Part shown: positions 10,561-22,260 of the stretch, one piece after another
How the letters are laid out: the number at the start of each line of letters is the position of its first letter
Numbering within the stretch: position 1 is the stretch's first letter
Assembly (NCBI RefSeq): GCF_018350175.1
Contig: NC_058375.1
Coordinates: forward strand, 1,116,001-1,180,000
Source of the DNA: Felis catus
Taxonomy: Eukaryota
Reading direction: 5' to 3'
Length of the DNA: 64,000 bases
Made by a program: the position numbers and the translations under genes
The notes under the pieces: generated by a model
What the model saw: only the letters and a program-made list of their open reading frames with translations
Database searches by the model: none
What the model was told of the DNA's origin: nothing

Positions 10561-13500
10561 CCCGCTTCCGTCGGCCCCTGGGGGCTGGGGCCAACTCCTG
10601 GGGAGTGGGGGCCTTGGCAGGTGTGACCACTGGAGACCCCAAGAGTCACGGAAGGCCACACGGTGACCTATGACGCCCTTAGAAATGCTCCCCCCACCCC
10701 CAGCCTCTCCCTTGCTCCTCAAGGACTGGCCTCCCCTGCCCTGGACTTCACTCACCAGGATGATGATCCCCTCTCCACTACCCTGCTTCTCCCCCAAGCT
10801 GCTGGGACCCCACCCAGTCCACACCCAGGCCTAGCCCGCCTGCCCTTCTCTATTCCGCAGAGCAGGCCCAGCCGCCCACACCTGGCCTCCCATTCTTACC
10901 ACCCCTTCTCCCACTGTGCACCTGCTGACCACCTTTCCCGATCAGCAGCTGTTTGGTGCCCCAGGTGCACCCCCAGCCCTGTCCCCGGCATCCTCCTAAA
11001 GGCCCTCTCACCTCCTTTTCTGCCTCACCTTTGCCCCCTTTCCTGGAGCGGGGGGGGGGGGGGGTCTTCCAGAGTGGGCTCACTGAGGATTTGCAGAAGG
11101 AACGAGGAGGGAACGGGGCCTCCCCAGAAGGCCAGCCCCACCCCTGACGTTGGCCCACGCAGGGGCTCCTGTGGTTTCCGTGGCCCGTGGCCAGCACCTG
11201 TTCTGCAGACAGGGCCAAGGAAGGTTCGAAGGCTTGGGGGGGGCAGGTAGCACCCCTCCCACACCCTTCCCCCGGCGCCCCAGGAGGGAGGCCCTGCAGA
11301 CTGGGGTCCACCCTGCCGGGCACCGGAGCGACATTTGTGGGGAACACTGTCCCGCTTCCTCCTGTCTCTGGTTGTGCAGGGGGCAGGGCTGGGGGGCCGA
11401 CGGTTCTCTGAACTGCTGGGCGGAGTTCCCAGGAGGAGGGGTACCTGGAGTTTCGGGGAGCATCACCATCTGGGGGTCACGTGGGGTGGAGACGGCCGGC
11501 CTGGTGGCTGAGCCCGGCACATCTGGCAGGCTGTGCCAGGCTGCCCGGCTGGCCGGCCGGCCGATGACAGCCCTATTTATAGTCTCCATCAGAAAACGCC
11601 CCTGACCAGGGCGGTGGGGTGGCCGGGCTGCTCCTCGACACCCAGGGCCTCGTGCCAAGAGGAGCCCAGGCTGGAGCGGCTCCGGCCTGTACGGGCCGCC
11701 GCCTGGCCCGCTCACTCCCCTTGGCCACCCCCGAGGCTCGCTGACGGACCGCAGCCGCCCTGGGCCTGAGGCCAGGGGGTCCCCCAGGGTTACCTGCGAG
11801 GCAGGGGACCCAGGGCAGCTCCTCCCCACCTGCTCGGGCCCCCAGCTGGCTCCCAGGGTGTCCTGTGCTGGCTGTGGCCCAGGCTTTTCCATCAGAGAGG
11901 CTGTGGGCTGGCCCTCAGTGGCCATCTCCTGCCTTGAGGGGACAGTGGCAGGAAGGGGACGGCCCCTCACAGCCACGTCTGTTCTAGGTGCCGAGCGCCG
12001 CCCGCCCCGGGATGGTCTTGTGGAAACAGGCCCCGTGATCCCCGCGGGACGGAGGGCTCCCGGGGTGCTGGGCCTCCTTCGGCAGGCAGTGGGCCGGGCC
12101 TCCCCGGAACCTGTCCGGCGGCGGGCACCGGGCACCCCTCAGGAAGCCCTCCCTGGGAGGAGGGGCTCCACACGGCCGGCCCGGCACCGAGACTGGGCGG
12201 CCTGCCCGGGCTTTGCAGAAGGAAGGCCTCCCCTGAGAGTCCTGGGTGACCCGCCGGCCGGAGCAGGGAGAGGAGGCTGGGCAGGCCGCCTGCGCAGGAG
12301 GGGCCCCCTGTGCTGGGCGCCAGGCTGGCGCGGGGTGGTCTGAGAGGTCGCGCTCGCCAGGGCCCTGCTGGGAGGCGGGCCGGGCAGAGAGGGACAGGCC
12401 CCTGATCCGTCTGCCCCTCTTGCTATCTGGCTGCAGAACTCCGAACGAAGAACGAATACGTCCTCTTCCAGGCAGTGCCTTGCCAGGTGCTCAGCATGGG
12501 GTTATCACTCTGTAAATGTCCCCCGAGCAAGTGGACAGCAGGAGGGACCCTCGGGGGAGAGAGTGCGGCCCAGGGGTGAAGGGTTTCGCTGGCAGTCGGG
12601 GAGGGGCTGAGACCAGAGCCGCCTCCCCAAGCCCCCTGGGGGCTGAGTAGCTTCTTGGGGTGTAAGGCATGTGGGGGCAGCCTCACACTACCCGCTACCA
12701 GCCCCTGCCCGCCTGCCCCAGCCCAGTGGCGGAGGCGGCTCTGGGGCCTCGGAGAAGCCTGCCTTCCTCTAAGGAGAAGGCCCTCGGGGTCTCCCGGGAG
12801 GGCCTGACGGAGCCCCTGCCTGTCTGATGGCCACTAGGTCAGGACCCCGGGTCTAATGTCCCCCCGGCCCCCGCTGGGTCAGCACCGATTCTGGGAGCAG
12901 CGACCAGGCCCAGGTCCCTCCTTCCCCCACTGAGGACCCACGTAACGGGTGGGCTTGCAGGCGCTCAGAGCTGCAGATGAGAGCTCTCCCACCTGGCCCC
13001 CGCCCTAGGCTCTCCCCGACCCCGCAACGGCGAGGGGTGAGGGGCCTTCCGGGACCGGTCGCCGCGTCTGCCGTGCTGCCCCGGAGGGCCCAGCTGCTCC
13101 CGCTCGGCCCTTCACCTGCCGGATGTGAAGGCCAGGCCAGCCTGTGGCCGGGACTCTGCTGACCCTCCCTCTTTCCTCGTTTTCTTGGGAGTTCAAACTC
13201 CTTGCGGGTCTGTCCGTGGGACGCTGTGAGGACTGGGACCCGGCCAGGGGGCAGCTGCCTCTGTGCCCACCCGGCGTGCCTGCTCACTGGCTCGGACACA
13301 CCACTGTCCCCAAGGGCACGTCCACGCCGTCACCCAGGAGTCCCAGCAGAGGGTGGGCAGTGGGACAGGGCAGGGGACCGCTATCCTGCCCAAAAGGGGG
13401 CTCACGGGGTGTGAGCTCCCCTCAGGCCTCGAGTGGGTCATCTCACTGGGCCGCAGCCGCCTCGCCGGGAAGCTGGTGGGGGCGCAGGCGTGGGGAGAGC

Positions 13501-14828
13501 CCTGGGGGACCCACGGGGCCAGTGCCCGCTCTCAGATTTGCTTGGAAGACGGAAAGTAGGAGGGTTCGCGGGCCATGCGTCTGCAGGAGCGTAGGGCCGG
13601 CCTTGCTCTGCGCGCGCGTGCGCGCGCGTGTGTGTGCGCGTGGACTCGGGGTGGGACGGACCACGCCTGCCCGCGTCCAGAGGCCCCGGGGGACACAGTC
13701 CCGGTCCGTGTGGGGTGGCGACTCTGAACTTGCGCCCTGGGCTTTGTGACTCAACCCCACAGCGCTGGTCTGGAATGAAAGGCCGGAGGACACCCCTGGA
13801 CAGCCTGGAAAACGTCGCAGCTCTTCTCTTCCCAGCACATTTTTCTTCCTAAACTCAAACATTTTTATTGTTTTTGACAGAAGGGAAGTTTCATCTGGAA
13901 AAGAGGAAAGGGCCGCAGGCCCCGTTGCCGAGGATCCGGCAGACCCGGGAGGATGCGAGGCCCTGACGGGCTGTTCTAGCAGACTTTGGGGCGTGTGGCC
14001 CTCCTAACTTCCGGCTGCCCACTAGGGGCTCTGCCCCACCGTTGACGCAGCCGCGTGTGGACACGGCTCCTACGACAGCTCACGGCCACAGCCCCACCCG
14101 CCTCCCTGTGCTTCTGGAAGGACGCAGTCCCCAGGGCCCAGGCACGTTCTGACCCAGGAGTCGGTGGTTCCCAAGAATGGGTCCTTTCTGGGGACTCGCT
14201 GCTGGGGACACCGGCCAGCAATCCGTCCCCTCCTAATGGACAGAGGCGGAGGCCCTGCTGAACCAGGCTGGCAGCGTCTATGGCCACTTGAGCTCGTGGA
14301 ACCAGAAGGCTGGCAGGTGAAGCTTGCTCCAGGTGACACAGCGGCCACCCCAAACCTCAGGCTCAGAAGCACATCAGTTCCTTAGTTACGGAGGCTCTGG
14401 AACCCCCCTCCCTCACTGACTCTGCGGTCAGTGGCCCTCTGGCGGCTGGCCGGCCGGCTACCTCACTGGGTCTGGAAGCCAGGACCGAGCAAGGGGTGGT
14501 CCTGGGGTTCAGCAGGACAAGATCCATCTGGGCTGTCCATTTTGGGCAGTCATATTGAGGGAAAAACTGGACGGGAACCCTAATAAGCAGAGAGCAGGAA
14601 GCACCAAGTGAGGGCACGGCTGCCAGGGGCCTGATGTTGGCTTTGCCATAGGGATGCCTTCCTTGTCTGCTCCCTCTTGCCTTTAGTAAGAACAGTTCTA
14701 TTCCATGGGAAGCTACCTCCCAAGGACAGGTGAGCCTCTGCTCCATTCATCCATGATCACATCCATCACCCACCATCCTCCCTCTCGACCACACATCCAC
14801 TATTTGTCCATACACCTGTTCGTCCATC

Positions 14829-15698
14829 NNNNNNNNNNNNNNNNNNNNNNNNNNNNNNNNNNNNNNNNNNNNNNNNNNNNNNNNNNNNNNNNNNNNNNNN
14901 NNNNNNNNNNNNNNNNNNNNNNNNNNNNNNNNNNNNNNNNNNNNNNNNNNNNNNNNNNNNNNNNNNNNNNNNNNNNNNNNNNNNNNNNNNNNNNNNNNNN
15001 NNNNNNNNNNNNNNNNNNNNNNNNNNNNNNNNNNNNNNNNNNNNNNNNNNNNNNNNNNNNNNNNNNNNNNNNNNNNNNNNNNNNNNNNNNNNNNNNNNNN
15101 NNNNNNNNNNNNNNNNNNNNNNNNNNNNNNNNNNNNNNNNNNNNNNNNNNNNNNNNNNNNNNNNNNNNNNNNNNNNNNNNNNNNNNNNNNNNNNNNNNNN
15201 NNNNNNNNNNNNNNNNNNNNNNNNNNNNNNNNNNNNNNNNNNNNNNNNNNNNNNNNNNNNNNNNNNNNNNNNNNNNNNNNNNNNNNNNNNNNNNNNNNNN
15301 NNNNNNNNNNNNNNNNNNNNNNNNNNNNNNNNNNNNNNNNNNNNNNNNNNNNNNNNNNNNNNNNNNNNNNNNNNNNNNNNNNNNNNNNNNNNNNNNNNNN
15401 NNNNNNNNNNNNNNNNNNNNNNNNNNNNNNNNNNNNNNNNNNNNNNNNNNNNNNNNNNNNNNNNNNNNNNNNNNNNNNNNNNNNNNNNNNNNNNNNNNNN
15501 NNNNNNNNNNNNNNNNNNNNNNNNNNNNNNNNNNNNNNNNNNNNNNNNNNNNNNNNNNNNNNNNNNNNNNNNNNNNNNNNNNNNNNNNNNNNNNNNNNNN
15601 NNNNNNNNNNNNNNNNNNNNNNNNNNNNNNNNNNNNNNNNNNNNNNNNNNNNNNNNNNNNNNNNNNNNNNNNNNNNNNNNNNNNNNNNNNNNNNNNNN
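14829..15698. other. Assembly gap (870 N) with a CCAT/TCCA-rich left flank
   Basis: N run; flank ctccattcatccatgatcacatccatcacccaccatcc suggests a low-complexity repeat inside the gap. Confidence 0.95.
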
Positions 15699-15739
15699 CC
15701 TCCCATTCTGCGGGGCACAGAGCAGGTGCTCTGAATTCA

Positions 15740-16420
15740 CCCATTCATTCAACGAGTATTTGCTGAGGGCCTCCTATGGGTCACACGCGGTGCTAGATGC
15801 TAAGGCTGTGAAAGTGAGCAAAAGCGACCACACATCTCCCTCTGGACATTGGGGAGCAGACAAGTGAAGGGCATGGCGCGTCAGCCCCGTCTGTGCAGAA
15901 GGCGTGAGGCGGGCGGCACGAGCAGGAAATGTTGCTGAAGGTGGGGTGCGGCTTCAGAGCTGGTGGCCAAGGAAGGCCTCGTGAGAAGGTGAGGCGAGCA
16001 GTCTCGGCAGCGCAAAGAGCACGTGCAAAGGCCCCGAGGCAGAAACACACATGGCAGGACTGAGGGGCCACGGGGGCCAGTGTGAGTGCAAAGCCAAGAA
16101 GTGAGGGCAGCGAGCGTGGAGCCAGCTCTGGCCGGGCTGGGGGTCCTGGCAGAGTCTTGGGGGTGAGCCCTGACGGCCCCCTGCTGTGTGGTGTCGGGAG
16201 CGGGGGAACGAAGTCGGGCTGGGGATGCACTTTGAAGCAGGACGGAGAAGACCTGCCTTGGACCATGGAGCAGGGGAGAAGCAGAAAAGGGAACGGGGGG
16301 CTGGTGTAGGGTGCTCGTCTGCAGTGCCCTCGGGGCCGGAGGGAGGCCGTCCAGTCACCACCCTCCCTGAGCCTTGCTGCTGGCCGGCTGCACCAGGACC
16401 AGGGGCCAGAGGGCGTCCCT
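15740..16420 (-). mobile_element. Ancient L2 LINE 3' fragment
   Basis: cattcattcaacgagtatttgctgagggcctcctatggg...gtgctag matches the recalled reverse-complement L2 3' end, followed by ggaaggcctc.tgagaaggtga and tgcaaaggccccgaggcag motifs. Boundaries approximate. Confidence 0.7.
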
Positions 16421-17249
16421 GGGGCTGAGCCCCCGCCCGGCGATCAGGGAGGTGAGGGAGCAGCCGGGGCGCAGGTGCACGGAGGAGGGGCGGGTGGCCC
16501 CGCTGTGAGCGCTGGGGTGGGGGTCCTCATCCAGGAGGGAGAAGGGGCGCGGGGTCTGCGGGGTTTCTGGGCCGGGAGCAGCCGTGTGCTCTCATGGGGG
16601 GGAGGGGGCTCTGGATGCTCCTCTCCCACTCCTCATTTCTCAGGACGAGAAGTGGCGGTGGGCCTCGCGGCTGAGGGGCAAGGCTAGCCCCCCCAGCACG
16701 GGGTGCACACAGGGTGAGCCCAGGCGTGGAAGCAGGAACTGTGCGCCCACTCGGGAGAGGACGCAGGAGGAGGCCCCGCCACCTGCCCAGAGCCCCCCTC
16801 TCCCGGGCACCGGGTGCATTTCAGAGGCAGCTGTAAAATCCGAGAAGTGTCCCTTGCCCAGTCCCTGCAGACACGAAGCTTGTTTCTGGAAAGCCAGTCA
16901 CCTGCTTACTGCCTCTTGATTTCTCCTTTGGCAGCCGTTTCCAGTGTCCCCAGGCTGTTTGCGGGGCGGGGGGAGGAGGGGGACTGAGCCACCCCCCAAG
17001 GTAGGGGTTGTGGCAGGGAGGCAGCGCTTGCTCTGACGGCTCAGTCGGGCCAGCGTTGCTGCCAGACTCCGTAGCAGGGGGACCGGGACCGTCCCATCCC
17101 CAGCCCGGCCTGGGCTCAGCCTGGGGCCCGGGGGTGCCAGGCGGAAGGGGGTCCGGCACGCACCCAGCTGAGCCTCCACGGGTATCCTGGGTGTGCGGGA
17201 AGGGGCTTGCGTCTGGGCGAGGCACCTCTCGGCAGTCAGTGCTGAGCAT

Positions 17250-17255
17250 TTTATT
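17250..17255 (-). terminator. MORN1: MORN1 polyadenylation signal (AATAAA on - strand)
   Basis: TTTATT on + strand, ~145 nt past the MORN1 stop, in otherwise GC-rich DNA. Confidence 0.8.
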
Positions 17256-17398
17256 AAAGCCAGTGGCCTTGGGGTGCATGAAAGGTGGCCCCTCCGGCCC
17301 CCACTCAGGCCACTGGGAGGAGGGTGCCCTTGAAAGGCAGGGGTCTCCCTGGGGGACAGAGGACACCGGTGGCTCTCGGGCACATGGGGATGGTTCTT

Positions 17399-17547
17399 CT
17401 AGCTCAGGGATTCAGGGCCTTCTCCAGGGATGGGGGGCTGCCGGTCCGTCCCCTTCCCCGAGACCCGAAGGTGTTTGAAGGCGGTGGGCAGCACGTGGCC
17501 CAGGAAGGGAGGGTCGGTCACATCGCGGATCATGACGACATACTCCC
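17399..17547 (-). CDS. MORN1: MORN1 last exon (exon 14), coding part
   Basis: ttttgcag|GG acceptor; (G)EYVVMIRDVTDPPFLGHVLPTAFKHLRVSGKGTDRQPPIPGEGPESLS*; recalled human [29 protein letters not shown]. Confidence 0.93.
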
Positions 17548-19424
17548 CTGCAAAACACGGGCGTTCAGACTCGGTCCCCAGTAGTCCCCCCCTGTCTGGG
17601 CCCCTGCCCTGGCTTCTGCCCACCCCCAGACCCTGCCCAGGACCTCAGGCGTCCTCCCGGGCCCTGCGACCCCGGGACCTGGCGCGCGGAGCACCCCTCA
17701 CCCCCGATGGGGCTGCATGACTGAGTGCAAGGATTCTTTTGAGAAAACTCCCCATCTTTTTAACAGAAAAGCAATTCATTTCCTCTAAAAGGTTTTTTTA
17801 AATAATTAAGCCTCTGAAGACACCGTCGTCTGGTTCGTTTGAAGCCCCCGCCCGGCCGGGCTCAGGCCGGCGAGTTGGGGGGGGGCCGCCCTCCAGGGCG
17901 CCCCGGGGATGGAGAAACACTTTCCCTTCTGCAGTCTGTAAACTGTCTGCAGAGCTTCAAAGTTGGAGAAACCATAAAAAAGAAAATAAGAAATAACAGA
18001 AAGTGTGGTTGCCGTAGAAACCGTCCTTTTCCCCTCCCCCGAGCCCGAGGGGGCTGGCACCGGAGCGTGGAAAAACCTCGCTGGGCTGGCCCGGGCTCAC
18101 ACCAGGAATGCGGCCGCAGCTGAAACGGGGCGCAGGAGGCGGCTCACACCGTCAGAGAGAACATTCCAGCGCCCTGGTCTGGGAAGCAGGCGCTCCCCTC
18201 GCTGCACAGTCACCAGGGGCTGTGGACACCCTGTGTTCTGGCGGGGGGGGTGGGGGGGTGGGGGGGGTGGGGGGTGGTGGCAGGATGGGAAGGAGCCTCG
18301 GTGGGGGGGGCAGGAATTTGCTGGGCTTTGAGTCAGTTCCTTCAGAAATTCGGGGGGCCTGGGCGGGGGCCCGCGTTCTGCAGCCCCGGGCACCAGGCCT
18401 CCCTGGCCGGCCTGGAGGAAAAGCCACGCATGGCAACGCCACAGTGTTTCCAAGCAGCCGGTTTCTAGGTGTTCCCGGGAACACGGCTACACCAACCTGC
18501 GGCCAGCGCGCCGGCTGGGGGGCGAGCTCCGCGGGCAGCGGCCGCAGGACCAGGCCCAGCCCTCGGCTCACCTCCCTGCTGCGCTCTTCTCCCCGAGGAC
18601 GGCAGGGGGTCTGGCCGGTGGCCACCGTGCCGGCCTCAGAAGCCACCCGAGGCCCGGCCCACGCGGCCTGGCCGTGGGCCCGGTGCCCAGCGTCCCCACA
18701 GAGGCGGCGCGGCCACCCACCGGCTTCACCCCTCGAAGCCGGAAGTCGCTTCTCCTCGGGGCCCGGCCCTCCTCCGGCCTGTCGCCCATCGGACCCCGCA
18801 GCTGAGTGCAGGGGGCGCCCCCTCTGCCCACGCACGAGGGGCCCAGGGTCCTAAAATAGGGCGACCACAGCACCAGCTTTGCTGGCGTCAGCAGACTCAC
18901 GTGGCTGCTGTTGGGACTCCTAGCGCCGGCCCGCACGGCAAGGTGGGGGGCGCTGCCCAGAGCCCGGCCCAGCCCTTCCCCACACAAGGGGGGCTCTGTG
19001 GGCCACAGGCTCCAAATACACGAAGGGTTGAGGGGACCCAGACCTGGAAGCCCGCCGGCCTTCCGATCGGGACCCTGGACACAAGGAGCCAGGGACGTTC
19101 ACTTCGTCCGTGGAGACAGAGAGGCCCCCCACCCGGCACCCGCGGCCATTCCAAGGGCCCGGGGAGGGCCTGGTGGAAGCCCATCCCCCATCCGTGCCCC
19201 CTCCACCTGGGGTGCCTCTGGGGGAGCCCAGAGGGGCATGGGGAGCGGCCGGGCCGGGAGTCGCCCTCTCTGATTCCCTGGCTTCCAGAGTCAAGACGAG
19301 TGTTGGATTTAGGGGTGCGTTCAGAGGAAGGGAGTCTTTCCAAAAGGTCGGCAACGATGATACATGTGGATTGTGGGGTGGTGGGTGGAATCGCCCCCCC
19401 CCCCATCCCCTGCCAGCCACCTAC

Positions 19425-19471
19425 CTGGGAAGGCCGCAGCCGCGGGCTCTGCGGTGGCCGCCCCGTCAGGC
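19425..19471 (-). CDS. MORN1: MORN1 exon 13
   Basis: ctgcag|...|gtagg; 47 nt; (R)PDGAATAEPAAAAFP(G) vs recalled human PEGRATEEQAAAAHLG; phases join exons 12 and 14. Confidence 0.88.
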
Positions 19472-21054
19472 CTGCAGGGAGAGGAGAAGGAAGCCCCTGA
19501 ACCGCAGCCCCGGGGCCCTGAGGACAACAGAGACCCTGCTGTTCCTGCCTGCCGGCCTCAGGCGGGCACAGGTGTGACCGTCCTGTCCTCCGAGGCCCAT
19601 CTCTGCCTCCCGAGGGTGGAGCGTGCCCCCGTCTGGACAGCTCTCTGCCCCTGGGCCCGGTGCCTCGCCGTCTAAACCCAAACATGGCCACAGAGGCTGG
19701 AGCCAGACCCCAACAGACCCATCCCTGTTTCCACAGCTCTGCAGGATCAAAGGTTCTTTGCACGGAGCCCCCACAATGCCGAGCAGAGAGGCCACTCCGA
19801 GAAGGGCTGGCACACCGGCTCTGCTTGGAAGTGACTTACCAGTGGTGTTTATTTTCCAGCGGCAGCCGGGCTCGGCGGGGCCCTGGTGCGTCCTCCTGTG
19901 TCCCCCTCAGAGGGACCGGAGGCCATTGCTACCTGGGAGCCTCATGGGAAGGGAAAGAAAGGGTAGCAGGCAGAGACAGGCTGTGCGGGGTTCCCTGGGC
20001 CTGGACCCAAGTCCGAGGGACGGAGACCCTCACTTCTCACGTGGTGGCCGCGCGGCGGCCACAAGAGGCCCTGACGGGCAGCCCGAGGCGGCTCAATCAA
20101 GCCCAAGTCTGAGGGCTTTGACCTGACCGGGGGTTTCTGCCTGCCCGCAGGGGTGGTCACCAGGAGGCCACCTTGGGGACATGAGGGTGCCGACCTGGAC
20201 CCCCAGCTGCCAGATGCACCTTCTTGGTGGGACAGAGGCCCCAGAGCGACGGGCTGGGCTTTGCCCTGAAGGATCTACCCGAGGGCCTTGGGGGGAGCCA
20301 CGGGACTCCTCCCACCCCGGCCTCCGTGGCTGGTGGTGGTTTCCTGTTATCAGAGCTGGGGGTGGAGGACGGGGGCTCCCTGGCATCGGCTCGGCGACCT
20401 GCCAGGCTCCGACCCCTTGCCAAGCTTAATTACCACGGGCATGGTTTGGGTGATAAAAAATTAAAGACAAAAGATTTTAAAATTACTTCATTTTGAGCGG
20501 GGGAAATGGGCCTTGGCTGGGACCCAGGAGCCACGTTACAGATTCTGAAATGTGGGTGAGGAGGGGAACGCGGATAAATAATTCAGCACTAAGAATAACC
20601 AGAGTCTGTCAGCCTGCCAGAGTCAAGAGAAATAGACGGGGTTATAAGAATCCTGAGAGTTTTTACAGAACCCCCAGGGCCTTGAGAAATCGGAGGCCGA
20701 GCTGGGAAGCAGCTGGGGAGTCTCGGTGTGAGGAGAGGCCAGAGGCGCCGACTGATCAGCGGACGGTTCTCCCAGACCCGCGGGGTGGGGACTCGGCGTC
20801 CTGGGAGGCGGTCCCGAGAGGCCACCTGCTGAGGGTGCAGCGGGAGCCCTGGGCCGCAGCGTGACAGCAGGAACACTAACTGGGCACTGACTGTGTAGAC
20901 AGCACTGAGCTGAGCCTCCAGGAATCGAGGTCAGAGCCAGAGGAGGGAACAGGCCCCCTCTGGGAACCGGTGCCGGCGCCTCCTGGGCGGAAAAGGGCGC
21001 TGGGAGAGTCGGGACCCAGGGGCCGGGCGGGGCTGGGGACCCAGGGCTCCGGCC

Positions 21055-22260
21055 TGGTTTTTTCTTTATCTGTGGCTGGCGTCCTTGTCCTCATGTTTCC
21101 TGTGCTTGGGGTTCCTTGTGTCTTGAATCTGTAGGTTTATAGTTTGCGATGAGTTTGAAAACACGGTGGCCGTTATCTCTTTGACCGTCTCTTCGGCCGC
21201 GTCCTTCCCTTGCGGCGCTTGGGAGCCTCTGATTCCGTGCATGTTTGGCGGAGAGGAGCTGTTCGGCAGTTCCAAACGCTCCGCTCGTGAAGCCCAGCCC
21301 TGCTTCTCTTCCTGCGCTTCATCCGGGGGGTTTCTGTGGCTGTGCCTGCAAGTTCACGCCCCTCCCGCCCACCCCTGCCCACACACATCATCTCTGGGGG
21401 GCGGGCCCACTCCTTCACGCCTCACGTCTGCCGAGCGTGGCCGGTCTTCCCTGCCGGACACACAGAATCCAGTGACGACGTCTCATGCCGCCGTCTACTG
21501 GCTCTTCCATTGGTGTCCTTTCTGGGTCGGCTTTGATCGGTTCATTGTTCCTCATCATGGGTTGTACTTTCCCGCTTTCTTTGTGTGCCTGGTAATTTTC
21601 GGTCAGATGTCAGACATTGTGAATTCTACTTTCTTGGCCACTGGCTGCTTTTGTATTCTTATAGTCTTGATGCTGTTTGGTTACTTAGAGACGGTTTGAT
21701 CCTTTTGGGTCTTGCCTTTAAGGCTTGCAAGGTGGGGTTCGAGATATGGTTAATTCTTCCCCACCACTTAGTACTCTTCTGACGTCCTGTGAGTTGAGGT
21801 CTTCCGGACCGGCTCCCGGACCGAGCACTCTTCACAGCCCCGTGTGAGCTCCGGGCAGGACTTGCTGTGACCCTCTCGCCGGTTTTCCTGGCACGTTCAA
21901 GCACGTTCCTCGCGCTCTGCAGATCTCTAGGACTCCCCTCTCCCGTGCTGCCTCCTGCAAGCTCTAGCTGCCTTAGCTGCCCGGGACTCTCAGCTCCTTC
22001 TCTCCCCTCGTGGGGACCCCTGAGCCTGCCGGGCCCCCTCCCTGCACTACAGCTGGAAATGCTCTGGGAAGTGAGCTGGGGCCTCTCAGGGGCTCCCCCT
22101 TCATCACCTGATACCCAGTGTCTTGAAGGCTGGCCATGGTTTCCTGGATCTTATCCGGCTTGTTACCTGTTTACCTGTGGGAGGGCAAACCCAGCCCCTT
22201 ACGGTCCCGCATTTACAGACCAGACTGAGACGTGGTGCTCAGATGGCCCCAACTCGTGTC
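21055..22260 (-). mobile_element. Ancient L1M (L1MC/L1MD-like) 5' region / ORF1 fragment
   Basis: Its reverse complement aligns by eye with the + strand L1 at 43.7-44.46 kb (aaactataaacc.acaga..caaga...cccaagcaca.gaaacatga; taaaggcaa.acc..aaaggatc.aac). Confidence 0.8.

Noticed and set aside
13241-13254. CTCF-like CGGCCAGGGGGCAG (similar matches near 18805, 38136, 60886)
   Set aside because: 11-12/14 matches are expected by chance in G-rich DNA; not supportable without a PWM scan or ChIP.
14705-15766. Four ~320-350-aa ORFs
   Set aside because: Made almost entirely of X from the N gap.
18572-20070. Alternative candidates for MORN1 exon 13 near 18572-18610, 18901-18920 and 20041-20070
   Set aside because: They have AG/GT boundaries, but wrong length or phase and no similarity; 19425-19471 fits on all counts.
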